From a virus: a stretch of DNA of 64,000 nucleotides. The notes below the pieces were generated by a model. The model was not told where the DNA came from, made no database searches, and was given only the letters and a program-made list of their open reading frames with translations. The stretch covers positions 81,070 to 145,069 of the IMG/VR virus record IMGVR_UViG_3300033153_008203; one strand, given 5' to 3'. A program made the position numbers and the translations under genes. Of this stretch, positions 1 to 10,085 are shown piece after piece. Every line of letters begins with the position of its first letter. Position 1 is the stretch's first letter.

Positions 1-17
1 GATTGATCCTATTGCCA

Positions 18-902
18 TTATTTACCCCAGTATAAACCTTTCTTTTTCATTGATTCTCTGACCAAGTCAATATAGTCTGAGCTAGGCAGACTTCCATATT
101 GTGTTCCATCAGGCGCTATATATTGATCTAAAAACCTGTCTTGCATAACAGGATCATTTACGTCTTTTATGATGGTTGTACTAGCTCTAAGAGTAAACGG
201 TATGTCAATATACTTGTAGCTTATTGCTCCACTTCCAGAAGGGACTGACTTAACCGATACCTTTCCAGTAGCATAGTTTATATAGTAATCTCCTGGCTCC
301 ATTAAAGAGATGTTAGGGGACACTACCTTTCTGTAGAATACGCTAATGTCTGAGAAGCTAACAGTTCCTTCTATGATATTAGAGTACTGCAAATAGAATG
401 TATTTGACGATGGTATGTCCTCGCTAAATACTTCTACACTACTATCCTGATGTGTCAAGACCAATGACTCCTCATATGCTTTCGTGTAATCTAACAGTGT
501 TGCACTAAAGTATGTGCTAGCATTGATTGCAGTAACAACATCAGACAAGGTTCTCTGATACGTACTAGCATTCTTATTATACAATTCAATAGTCACATCA
601 ACAACCCCTGTTAAATAGTCTTCATATAACACTAGTGTTGCATGATCTACTTCTATCATAGGCACGTACCCTTCTGACACAGGAGTAGAATTAGTTATTG
701 TTATTGCATCATATATGCTTAAGCCTAGTTCTCTGCTTATGCCATTCAGCAATCCAGAATAAGATGAGTTTGATTTATTTACTCCTACATCAAGCAGTCT
801 TTGTTTGTATATTTTATTCGGCTCTCCTTTAAGTCTTGGAAGCCCTAACAAAACGCCATGCTCATCTAAGCTATTAAATATATTTTTTACTTTTTGTTCC
901 AT
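18..902 (-). CDS. putative baseplate/tail structural protein
   Basis: 294-aa ORF translationally coupled (TAATG) to the baseplate genes. Contains a GDYYINYATGKV beta motif similar to GDYFMDYDTG in the head decoration protein. Function inferred from position. Confidence 0.5.
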   Translation of the reverse strand: MEQKVKNIFNSLDEHGVLLGLPRLKGEPNKIYKQRLLDVGVNKSNSSYSGLLNGISRELGLSIYDAITITNSTPVSEGYVPMIEVDHATLVLYEDYLTGVVDVTIELYNKNASTYQRTLSDVVTAINASTYFSATLLDYTKAYEESLVLTHQDSSVEVFSEDIPSSNTFYLQYSNIIEGTVSFSDISVFYRKVVSPNISLMEPGDYYINYATGKVSVKSVPSGSGAISYKYIDIPFTLRASTTIIKDVNDPVMQDRFLDQYIAPDGTQYGSLPSSDYIDLVRESMKKKGLYWGK

Positions 903-2533
903 TAGTATGCCACGTCTATAGAGAAGTACTCTTCTCTTGTGTATAGTATTTTGCTTTCTATGTCTAGCATAGCTGTATCATAGTGTAGGTAAACTTTATG
1001 AACCACATCAGATGAGCTTGAGTCAAGGATGCACAGCTCATAATCAGAGTTAAACGCTATGCCTGTAACATTCGAGATACCATGTTCTAATTCTACTAAC
1101 GGAGAGATCGTCCTTATAACAAGAATTCTTTTGTCAACGTCTACAGACCCATCAAGATATTCTATGCTTAGAGTCCACACATACTCTCCTGTGTCTGCAA
1201 TCGTGTAGTCAAGTGCTCTGTGATAGAAGTTGTTTGGATCTGAGGTTTCATAAGGATTCTTATTCCATCCACTGTAGTCTCCGTCTATTATATATGCTTG
1301 CTCTACAAAGCTTCCACCACTATATACGAATGTTGCTCTGCTTCCATCAGGCTTTTCTAGATCCCACTTATACTTGATTATACGTTTAGTATTCCTTTGC
1401 CTTTCTGGCTTCAGTTCTACTGTATCTCCTTCTAATGCATACTCATTGTTTATGAATATGTATACTTCTGAGTCTGATGTTTTACCAGCAAGCTTACTAT
1501 GGTCTATTGCAACTTGCCTTGTATCATAAGCGATTATCTTTGTATCAGTTAATACGAAGTATCTTGTTGCATCAGGTTGAATTGCTATATCAAGTATACC
1601 AGTTATGTCTGACTCTAATGAGTCTAGTAGCTTAACTTTATTAACTTCATGTTTAGTATCTATCCCTACTAATAGGTCTTGAACCGTACTTGCAGTAACT
1701 ACTTTATATTTTATAAATGATTTTCCGCCAACTTCCTCATAACTAAGATATAGTGTTTTATCGGTATTAAACTCATCAATATATCTTTCGCTATCATATT
1801 GGTAATCGTCGTAGTTAAAGTTTATTGCATCTACTTTTATCGTTGCTGAACTTGGCCCAATATTAACCGTATGTATAGTTGATATTGTTCTCCACTCTTT
1901 AAGCGTAATTACTGTAGAATTGTATACAAATGGAATAATCTCTGTATCGTAAGTGCCTCTTCTGTTAGTTCCAGAAATCTTTATGTATCCTTGTTCTTTA
2001 GTATCAACATGAGAAAACTCTGTTCCATCTTGAATCGTAACAAAAAGATATCCTGGCTCATAGATATCGTTAAAAGAAGAAAACTCTTCTACTCCTATCT
2101 CAGACTCGCTCAACACGGTCTGGTAATTCAGAGTAACAGGATCAACTGTGAGTCTTGTTGGGACCGCATCATACCAGAAATCCTCTATTGAGTTTGTATC
2201 AGATATGTCTACTTGTGTCTGTGAATCTCCTTCGTTGATTACCACATTTATGGCTGGTTGCAAAAGCTTTGGGATTCTAAAATCAGAGTTATCATATTGA
2301 AACTCAAATCCTTGTCCTAATCTAGTCTCATATAAAACATCGACTTCTGAAAGACTAACTGTATTAATAAATCTGCCTCTCAGCGCTATGCCTGCCTTTT
2401 TTATTATATCGTCAAATTCAGATGCAGGTGCACCCATCAGCTGCTGAAAAAGGCTCTGCTTATCTTGCCTTGCGCGTGACCACGATGGCATATAGTTTGC
2501 AAACTTTTGTGTTATGTGTGAGTAGTAACTCAA
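902..2533 (-). CDS. putative baseplate wedge/tail-fibre attachment protein
   Basis: 543-aa acidic beta-rich ORF directly downstream of the baseplate J-like gene, the usual position of the gpI-like wedge subunit. Confidence 0.5.
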   Translation of the reverse strand: MSYYSHITQKFANYMPSWSRARQDKQSLFQQLMGAPASEFDDIIKKAGIALRGRFINTVSLSEVDVLYETRLGQGFEFQYDNSDFRIPKLLQPAINVVINEGDSQTQVDISDTNSIEDFWYDAVPTRLTVDPVTLNYQTVLSESEIGVEEFSSFNDIYEPGYLFVTIQDGTEFSHVDTKEQGYIKISGTNRRGTYDTEIIPFVYNSTVITLKEWRTISTIHTVNIGPSSATIKVDAINFNYDDYQYDSERYIDEFNTDKTLYLSYEEVGGKSFIKYKVVTASTVQDLLVGIDTKHEVNKVKLLDSLESDITGILDIAIQPDATRYFVLTDTKIIAYDTRQVAIDHSKLAGKTSDSEVYIFINNEYALEGDTVELKPERQRNTKRIIKYKWDLEKPDGSRATFVYSGGSFVEQAYIIDGDYSGWNKNPYETSDPNNFYHRALDYTIADTGEYVWTLSIEYLDGSVDVDKRILVIRTISPLVELEHGISNVTGIAFNSDYELCILDSSSSDVVHKVYLHYDTAMLDIESKILYTREEYFSIDVAY

Positions 2534-3763
2534 TTATACACTCCTAACAGTAATGGGTGACTGGATCGATTGTTCTACTATTACTCTTTCATCAGAGAAT
2601 GCTATATAGTCACTGATTAGCGTTTGTCTTGTTCTGTTATCTGCTATTCTAGAGTCCCTATATATAAACAAGCTATCAAAAGGCTTGCCTGTTCTTCCTA
2701 TGTTTTTAATTTCTTCGCTTATATTAAGTATTCTACTGACAAGTTCCTGATTAACAAACTCTTCGCCTATATCTAAATTATTAATATATGAAATTATCTC
2801 GTCTTCGACTAGCGCTTCAATGGCAGTTTTCTGGTCAGCTGTTATTGCAGAACGATAATTTATAGAGACTGACACTTCCATACCTACGTATTTTGGGGCA
2901 CGTACCACTGCACTATTCCCGAGAGACTTCACTCTATCAATAATCTCCTGAACTTTATCAAGTAGTGCACTTGAAACAGTAGGGTAGATAGACTTAACAT
3001 ATACAGAAAAGCTACCTGAACCCCTATCATAAGGTACAACAGATACGTCTGCAACCCCTGCAACTCCAAGTGCTGCTAGTGTTATCGCTGTTAGATTTGC
3101 AGTTTCTGATCCTACTACAGCATTGCTTATTCTATATCTATAGTTTGTGTCTATCTCTCTATCAGTTCCTCCTGCAATACCACTAACATTTGTTACCTTA
3201 AGTGCGTCATTTTGATATCCTGTATACCCTGTAAAGTTATGAGTATTAATTGCGCCGGCACCAACTGACGCCCTAGATCCTGCGCTCCTACTTATAGCTG
3301 ACGCATATACCTCAGTTGCTGTTGTGCCAAGCTCTACATCTTCATAGGTAATGTACTCTATTGTTGTAGTAATTCCTGCTATTGTAGACTCTGCTGCAAG
3401 CACTGTTCCCTTAGAGACTATTACCGGTACTCCACCAGTTATGTCGCCAAACGTTCCAGATATCACATAGAACTTTATGTTACCGTGTGATGCATCTGTA
3501 TTTGCCTTTTGCGCTTCTTTTCTAACAACCCCAACCAGTTCACCGATTAAGTCTAGATTGTCTCCAGATGCAGTACGCACAAATGCTTCAGCAATCTCAA
3601 GATCGAAACTTTCAGCAAGTCTGCCATGCTCATTTGCCATGAGCTCAAGTATTGCTCTAGCTTTTCCACCAGGAGTTGTTTGAGTTATACCTGTAGTGTT
3701 GTTTAATATGTCTAATGAATTTTGGAGCGCAGTGTCTGCGTTATGGTAATTTGATATTGGCAT
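2534..3763 (-). CDS. baseplate J-like wedge protein
   Basis: Typical BaseplateJ motifs: TASGDNLDLIGELVGVVRK, GGTDREIDTNYRYRI, GVAGVADV. Confidence 0.9.
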   Translation of the reverse strand: MPISNYHNADTALQNSLDILNNTTGITQTTPGGKARAILELMANEHGRLAESFDLEIAEAFVRTASGDNLDLIGELVGVVRKEAQKANTDASHGNIKFYVISGTFGDITGGVPVIVSKGTVLAAESTIAGITTTIEYITYEDVELGTTATEVYASAISRSAGSRASVGAGAINTHNFTGYTGYQNDALKVTNVSGIAGGTDREIDTNYRYRISNAVVGSETANLTAITLAALGVAGVADVSVVPYDRGSGSFSVYVKSIYPTVSSALLDKVQEIIDRVKSLGNSAVVRAPKYVGMEVSVSINYRSAITADQKTAIEALVEDEIISYINNLDIGEEFVNQELVSRILNISEEIKNIGRTGKPFDSLFIYRDSRIADNRTRQTLISDYIAFSDERVIVEQSIQSPITVRSV

Positions 3764-3771
3764 CTGTTCTC

Positions 3772-4209
3772 CTAGTATACTGTAAGCTTATGATTGTCTA
3801 TGTCGAGTAACAATGTAACCTGAACTTCGCTTGTGTATCCGTTCTCTGGAGTTGCATCAACATTGATCTCTAAAATGTACATTAATGCATCTTTTGCTAC
3901 TGGAACATACTTAATATTAACATCTTCTGCACTAAGAAAGGCCCCTATAGTTAGGGCAGTCTTTATCTTTTCTTTTCCTATTTCTGCTGTTTCTCTTGTA
4001 TTTGGTTCACCAATGATCTCGCTTAATCCTGCTCCAATCCAGCTATACATTGACCAATCTTGTAAGTCGCTTTTTACTCTATTGTATATTTCTTGCTTAA
4101 AAGATAATAGCAAATCAGATTCTGTAGAAGCTATGTCTCCAGTATTATCTAATGCAAAATCTCCAGCGCTATTAAAAAACAGGTCTATGTCGTCTTTTAT
4201 TTGTGGCAT
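3772..4209 (-). CDS. gp25-like/XkdS-like baseplate wedge (sheath initiator) protein
   Basis: 145 aa immediately upstream of baseplate J. GDF..GDI and WIGAGLSEIIGEPN patterns are typical of this family. Confidence 0.75.
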   Translation of the reverse strand: MPQIKDDIDLFFNSAGDFALDNTGDIASTESDLLLSFKQEIYNRVKSDLQDWSMYSWIGAGLSEIIGEPNTRETAEIGKEKIKTALTIGAFLSAEDVNIKYVPVAKDALMYILEINVDATPENGYTSEVQVTLLLDIDNHKLTVY

Positions 4210-4218
4210 AATTTCTCC

Positions 4219-4542
4219 TTATATTAGTAACGTAGAAAGTTGCGCAACCATAAATGTTATGTTTGCAACTCCATTAAGCGGTTGAGAACTGCTCAACACT
4301 GGCATTGGAGTAATTATAGTAGATGGAAGAGTACTTACAATAGAATCATTAAACGTCCACATTCCTGCTATTCTTATATCTGATGGTGAACATACAAAAC
4401 TATGCTTACCTCCATGATATGTTCCATCTGGAGTCATCACAATAAAATTTTCTTTTGAGCCTTGCATAGACGCAGACTCCTCTGCTACTGTCATTCCAGC
4501 TTGTGCATCCATACTTGCTTTCCATACTTTTTTTCTAGCCAT
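4219..4542 (-). CDS. small baseplate/spike-associated protein
   Basis: 107-aa ORF between the putative spike gene and the gp25-like gene. Assigned by position only. Confidence 0.4.
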   Translation of the reverse strand: MARKKVWKASMDAQAGMTVAEESASMQGSKENFIVMTPDGTYHGGKHSFVCSPSDIRIAGMWTFNDSIVSTLPSTIITPMPVLSSSQPLNGVANITFMVAQLSTLLI

Positions 4543-4543
4543 A

Positions 4544-4966
4544 CTAATCTCCTGGGGGAAAAACTACAAATGATGTTTGTCCTATTTCTGTTGCTCCAGC
4601 TGCTGCTCCAGCTGGACGATCATTCTTATCTTCTGTAATCATGTAGGCCTTACCAAGCCACGGCTTATACCTATATACTATTTCTACTCTATCGCCTTCT
4701 TGTGGTTCACCAAATCTTAATGCGATATCTAATGGATCATCACCAAGATATATCCATGTGTTCTCGTCTCCTATTAGGCCAGAGTGTCCTGGATCTGCTG
4801 ACTTCCCTTCGTATCTTACTTGCACAAGTGGTTGAGTCCAGTTCCCTTTTTTGTCTGTGAATATTTTGCTTATTCTTCCAAAGACTCTCTTTTCTTGAAC
4901 AAGAAGACCTGTGCTTCCTGATTGCAGCTTTAATCTTTTTTCATTTCCTAGTTTGCCTTTATTCAT
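4544..4966 (-). CDS. putative baseplate spike N-terminal OB-fold protein (gp5/gpV-like)
   Basis: GRISKI...VQVRY...WIYL...PQEGDRVEIVY resembles the spike OB fold. Follows the hub gene. Confidence 0.5.
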   Translation of the reverse strand: MNKGKLGNEKRLKLQSGSTGLLVQEKRVFGRISKIFTDKKGNWTQPLVQVRYEGKSADPGHSGLIGDENTWIYLGDDPLDIALRFGEPQEGDRVEIVYRYKPWLGKAYMITEDKNDRPAGAAAGATEIGQTSFVVFPPGD

Positions 4967-4968
4967 AT

Positions 4969-7900
4969 TTACTCCAATACCTCACTAAAGACTTCTGCTA
5001 GCCCTTCTTTTACATCTTCCCATGCATCTTCGACATCATCGAAAGCCTCACCGAACCTATCGCTATACGCCGACCACAACGTATTGTGTTTGAATCCTTC
5101 TATGCCAGCTACAAATGGAACCTTATTAACAACAAGAGGCTTAATAATAATTGGCTGGCGCTCTTGAGTTTCTTTGATATAAACTGATCCAATCCCATAT
5201 AACACAAATGCACCAACTGCGAAGATGCCACGCTTGCCTACAGTTTTGTAAGCCACACCCAAGAGCCCCTTAAATCCTCCTCTAAGCTTTAGTGAAGCAC
5301 CGCCTTTTGCTTTAAAATCAGTGACCTTGTTTAATAATGTAGACCCTGTTGCCGTAATCTTTGTTTTGGCACCAACTTTAGCTGCACCATATGCGTCCAC
5401 TGTAGCCGTGCCTAGTCCTACTGACCTAATATAGTCTCTTCCCTGCCAATACTTAATTAAACCGGTCTCAGCCAAATCAACTACTTTACCTTTACCGTAT
5501 AACGAGTATATGTATCCAGTTTTTGCTGCACTCTTTATTTTGTCTCCAGCAATTAGTCCTTTTAGAATACCTGTTTCAGTTGCGCCTTTTACTGCCTTTT
5601 CCACTACGCCTTTTGGTGTTGTACCTAACACTGCTCCTATTACATGGGGTGCAGCCTTTACACCTGCAAACCTTAATTTTGACCAAAGAGCACCAGCTCC
5701 TAAGTACTTCAGATAGTTTATCTCTCCCATTGCTTGTTGCAATGCCATAGTTGCATACTCATTTCCACTAACACAAAGATCTGGAATTATCTCTGTTATA
5801 AATCCAGTCTCACTAGAGAAATGATGAACAACTTGCTCTACTTCTACAGGACCATACATATCAGCTATGTCGTCAAAAACATGACACACATCATATGGTT
5901 TAATCTTTGGATTTCCTAGTACGGTAATGCTTCCAGTATACACGTCTTTTAGATGTCTTAGAAGTAATCCTTGTGCATATCTAGTAGCCATAAACTCTCC
6001 TTCACAGTTTGGCTGCTGAGAGAACAGTAGGTTTACATTCTCATCTCTAAGATCTTTATCAACTTTAAGAGTTTTCGTATTACCTGTCTTATAGTTAACG
6101 TTACCATACTCATCTATCTCTTTTACATCATCGACATATTGCACAGTTACTGCATTATAAACGTCTGCATTTACCTTTATATCGTTTGATATGATATTAA
6201 TCTTATCCGCCAAATAAAAATGCTTTCTGAATGGAGTAAATCTGTCTCTAACTATACTTTTTCTTATATTGACAGCACTCTCATCTAGCTCTACTGGAAT
6301 ACCTGATATACCATCTCTCCTTCTGTTTTGATTAAGCAGTGTTATTGCTGTACTATGTCCAGGCACTTCTTTCCTAAGCGGAGAATTCTTTTGATACTCT
6401 TCTATTGTCTCAGGCCTACTCCAATGTCCCATATCTGGTACACCAAAAAACATCGACATCCTGTCGCCATATATTGTAGGCGAAGCAATCCATCCTGGAT
6501 GTCTAAGCTCCATCTCCTTAAAGATGTCCCATATGGTAGTATGAAATATCTTGTAGTCAAGATTAACATATCTTTCTACCATTCCGGTAGCAAATCCATG
6601 CATAAAAAGACCTGCAGTTACAACTCCACCTGTAGCCGCTCCAGCAGTAATTTTAGCAGATGCTACTAGTAGACCGCCATCCCAAAATGCTGTCTTAAAT
6701 CCTTGTTTAATGCCTTCTGCTATGTTTAGATCCCAAGCAGATCCTCCCCAATCAAAGAAATTGCTATCAGTTAAATACAACTCTATACTTGGAGGAAAAA
6801 TATTATCATCTCTTGGATCTAGATTTGGACCATACAACGAGTTTCCTGCTGACGCTATCTCTTCTTTACCTGTAAGAATAATATTAGCAATAGCTGTTTT
6901 CTTTCTAGTTCCAAAATGAACAACTTCTGGAGATTGCATTATCTTAGCAAGCAATCCACCTGTTATTTTCTCAGGTTCTTTTTTTATTTCTTCAGGCTCT
7001 TCTACTCCCTTTATCTGACTAACAAGCTCTGTTGCATAACTCTGACATACAATTGTAACTGCATGTGTTCCTCCAACCTCTACTATCTGTCCATTAAAAA
7101 CAGTCTCCAATTTTCTCGGGTCATTAGAGTATCCTAGTCTTACCTGTATTTTTTGTCCAGGTCTAAGTATTAATGCATCTATTGGATTCTCTGATAAAGA
7201 CTCTTTGTCTGTTCCTCTTGTCTCATAGAACTTGTCATCATCACCAGCATTATATTTTGCAACACTAGTTAGTTTTTGATTCAAGTTAGACATTGTCAAT
7301 ATGCACAAGTCTGCAGGAACTTTTCTGCTCCTGATTATTTTAATATCATGTACAGCATTATACCCAAAAAAGTCATCAAAGCTTAATCTTGGAATCAAAT
7401 GAAACTCTTCGTCTTCATCTTCTTCAATAAAGTATACCTTGTATGTTGGATAAGCCCTGTTCATTGTAAAGATTTCATCGTCATGCGCTTGATCAACTAG
7501 TGTGTCAAGCATACCTTTTAGTCCAGTTTGACTAAAATCATGAGACTTTACAAACTTTTCATTTATTTTAAAGTAGTCTGTCTTTGTACTGTTGCCGTAC
7601 TCCTCTGGTCTCTCATGACCATTTGTAGCTGATTCTCCAGACCAAACATCTGCTGGTCTCCATTCTTTCTGTACTGTCTCCATTTTCATTGCTATCTCTA
7701 ATGACTCTTCAGCATACTGCTTAGTATCATTAAGTAGCTCATTAAAATACTCAGTGTGATTGTCTTCGCTCCAGAAATAATAGTCTGGATCGGTGTCTAT
7801 AGGCTCATTTGTTATTGTAGTTGGCAAATTCAAGTCTCTATAACACTCAGTTAAAGACTGTGTTCTGAGCTTGTTTATTTCTTTATCTACACTCTTAAAT

Positions 7901-10083
7901 TGATCTAACTGAAAAATCCCGTTTCCAAACATACTCCAAAATTCATTAGATAATTTCTCATATATCTTTGCAGGTATTGCAATATTAATAGAGTCATCTG
8001 GTTCATAGTCCATAGCAGCTACACCTGCGCCTGCTGCACCTGGTTTTCTTTTTGCAACTATTTTTGGTTTCTTAGAGCTTATCAGATCTTTTACTTTTTT
8101 ATCAAGGCCATAGATGCTACCCATATTATCAACATAACCGCTATGCACATCTTCGTTAGCAATGTAGTCGTTTAATATGTCTACTACATTGTTTATGTGC
8201 GACTCAAGAACAGGACTATAGTCTTTTATGTGTGGACCGTACTTACTCTTTACACCTTGTGTTCTAGTGCCTGGGCTAAAAGTTGCTTGGGCGCCTTCTA
8301 CTACAATATCTGCCCAGGACTTTTTAGTGCCTCCATAATCAGCGTAGGCTTCTTGCCCAATAAATTTGCTCATTGTCCCATGCTCAAGATACCTGTCTAT
8401 CAACGAGAATGCCTTAGTTTTTATCTGCTTATTGACCATAACATCTTCTCTAGAGAATCCTTCAGTAAACCACGGATCATACTGTGCAACACTAAAAACA
8501 AATATGTCCATATCTGGATTTCCAGGAACTGTTGATGATTCAGTATTATCTGTTAAACAATGCTCTAAACCAAAAAGTCTCGTAATCGGATTTACTATTG
8601 TGAGAACATTGTTATCTCTTATTCTTTTAAATTCGTTCTCATTATTATGTGCTGTGTTAAGCGCCAACTTTATATTGTCTATTTGGTCGTTTCTTAATCC
8701 TTCTAATGCAAATATTGCTTTAGTATGTTTGCCACCCATATACTGAGTAGTAGGGTATTCATGTCCGACTATAGGGATAGAAGTAATATTGTGCGTCAAT
8801 GACACATTAACACTGGTAACTGCAAGCCTATCATTGCCTTGAACTATCGTCTGTGATGCCTGTATCTTCCATATGTTTCGTGCATTTGTAGGTAAGTAAC
8901 CAGTGGACCTTTTCTGTTTAAGAAAATCAGTATACACTCTCATGTAGTCTTCATTGTCAAGCGCATTTTTCTTGTCGCTTATTAGTGATCCAATAGAATG
9001 GTTTTCCCTGATTATCTCTTCTACGTTCTTTTTACCAAGCTCTCCTGTGTAGCTAAAGTGCCATGGTCTATCTTTGTTTGGAGTAAAACTATTATCTTGT
9101 GCTATTGCAACAAATGACTTATATCTTTTGTCATTATAGTACTTACTCTTAAGTTCTGTTATCCCAGTAGCGCTGCCAATAGAGTGTAATATCAAATCAA
9201 ATGCTAATCCAGCCATATGCTCATTCATAATAGCTTTATCTTCTGTCTCATCTGTATAAAAATCTATTCCGCCGGCAGGAATAAACATATTTGAAACAGG
9301 CATCCCTACTCCATACTTCCTTTTATAAAGCCTAGCAAGATGCTTAAAGGTACCAGTGGCATTTCTATGCATCTTTGAGCTAGGACCAATAATTCTAGTG
9401 TCGCTAGTATTAGAAGAGAACAATGTCTTTCCTATCTCTGCTACTTCACTTTCTGATAAGTGTCCAGCTGTTGGTGGCGTATCTCTCATGTAAGTATTAT
9501 ACGCTAGAGTTAAATCATTGTTTGCAGCAGTAATAGTTGGGATAGCATTTAGCACTCTTTGGAATCCCTTTTGATACAAGTTAGATTGAGTTGGGTCTAT
9601 AACCTTTTGATACTTGTTTTTCTCATCAATTCTTGGTCCAGTAAGCTCATTTTTAAAAGAGAAGTCAGGAGAATAAGGAAGATAATTAAACAATGTCATA
9701 TCAAAATTCGCGAACAACGATTCAGGTAGATCAGGCACCGTATAAACACTAAGGTTACTAAGTGTTACAGCAAGATTAGATGACTCTGTTACTTCTGATA
9801 ATGCTGCATTGGATATATATCTACTGCTAATATGAGCAAATGGCGACACCTTAAAGTGCGCTATCAAATGTCTTAGTTTATTGTTGATCTCATTTGTATT
9901 TGGAAACGCCATTTCTGCAGACACTACAAATATAGATCTGCCTGAACGAGCCCCTGTCGGAGTACTCTGTCTAAGGACATGATTGTACGCATTCATATTT
10001 CTCTTATGAAGCTGTATTCTAGTTGTATTTGCAGTCAGATCAAGACCGTTTAATACGAAATCATATGTTGGATTATCAGCCAT
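4969..10083 (-). CDS. giant baseplate hub protein with M15-like peptidase domain and hydrophobic segments
   Basis: Hub-type motifs LRPGQKIQVRLGYSNDP..LETVFNGQIVEV and GSITVLGNPKIKPYD..VEQVVHHFS..GFITEI. M15-like motifs HMAGLAFD and PWHFSY. Hydrophobic stretches near the C-terminus. Confidence 0.75.
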   Translation of the reverse strand: MADNPTYDFVLNGLDLTANTTRIQLHKRNMNAYNHVLRQSTPTGARSGRSIFVVSAEMAFPNTNEINNKLRHLIAHFKVSPFAHISSRYISNAALSEVTESSNLAVTLSNLSVYTVPDLPESLFANFDMTLFNYLPYSPDFSFKNELTGPRIDEKNKYQKVIDPTQSNLYQKGFQRVLNAIPTITAANNDLTLAYNTYMRDTPPTAGHLSESEVAEIGKTLFSSNTSDTRIIGPSSKMHRNATGTFKHLARLYKRKYGVGMPVSNMFIPAGGIDFYTDETEDKAIMNEHMAGLAFDLILHSIGSATGITELKSKYYNDKRYKSFVAIAQDNSFTPNKDRPWHFSYTGELGKKNVEEIIRENHSIGSLISDKKNALDNEDYMRVYTDFLKQKRSTGYLPTNARNIWKIQASQTIVQGNDRLAVTSVNVSLTHNITSIPIVGHEYPTTQYMGGKHTKAIFALEGLRNDQIDNIKLALNTAHNNENEFKRIRDNNVLTIVNPITRLFGLEHCLTDNTESSTVPGNPDMDIFVFSVAQYDPWFTEGFSREDVMVNKQIKTKAFSLIDRYLEHGTMSKFIGQEAYADYGGTKKSWADIVVEGAQATFSPGTRTQGVKSKYGPHIKDYSPVLESHINNVVDILNDYIANEDVHSGYVDNMGSIYGLDKKVKDLISSKKPKIVAKRKPGAAGAGVAAMDYEPDDSINIAIPAKIYEKLSNEFWSMFGNGIFQLDQFKSVDKEINKLRTQSLTECYRDLNLPTTITNEPIDTDPDYYFWSEDNHTEYFNELLNDTKQYAEESLEIAMKMETVQKEWRPADVWSGESATNGHERPEEYGNSTKTDYFKINEKFVKSHDFSQTGLKGMLDTLVDQAHDDEIFTMNRAYPTYKVYFIEEDEDEEFHLIPRLSFDDFFGYNAVHDIKIIRSRKVPADLCILTMSNLNQKLTSVAKYNAGDDDKFYETRGTDKESLSENPIDALILRPGQKIQVRLGYSNDPRKLETVFNGQIVEVGGTHAVTIVCQSYATELVSQIKGVEEPEEIKKEPEKITGGLLAKIMQSPEVVHFGTRKKTAIANIILTGKEEIASAGNSLYGPNLDPRDDNIFPPSIELYLTDSNFFDWGGSAWDLNIAEGIKQGFKTAFWDGGLLVASAKITAGAATGGVVTAGLFMHGFATGMVERYVNLDYKIFHTTIWDIFKEMELRHPGWIASPTIYGDRMSMFFGVPDMGHWSRPETIEEYQKNSPLRKEVPGHSTAITLLNQNRRRDGISGIPVELDESAVNIRKSIVRDRFTPFRKHFYLADKINIISNDIKVNADVYNAVTVQYVDDVKEIDEYGNVNYKTGNTKTLKVDKDLRDENVNLLFSQQPNCEGEFMATRYAQGLLLRHLKDVYTGSITVLGNPKIKPYDVCHVFDDIADMYGPVEVEQVVHHFSSETGFITEIIPDLCVSGNEYATMALQQAMGEINYLKYLGAGALWSKLRFAGVKAAPHVIGAVLGTTPKGVVEKAVKGATETGILKGLIAGDKIKSAAKTGYIYSLYGKGKVVDLAETGLIKYWQGRDYIRSVGLGTATVDAYGAAKVGAKTKITATGSTLLNKVTDFKAKGGASLKLRGGFKGLLGVAYKTVGKRGIFAVGAFVLYGIGSVYIKETQERQPIIIKPLVVNKVPFVAGIEGFKHNTLWSAYSDRFGEAFDDVEDAWEDVKEGLAEVFSEVLE

Positions 10084-10085
10084 TC

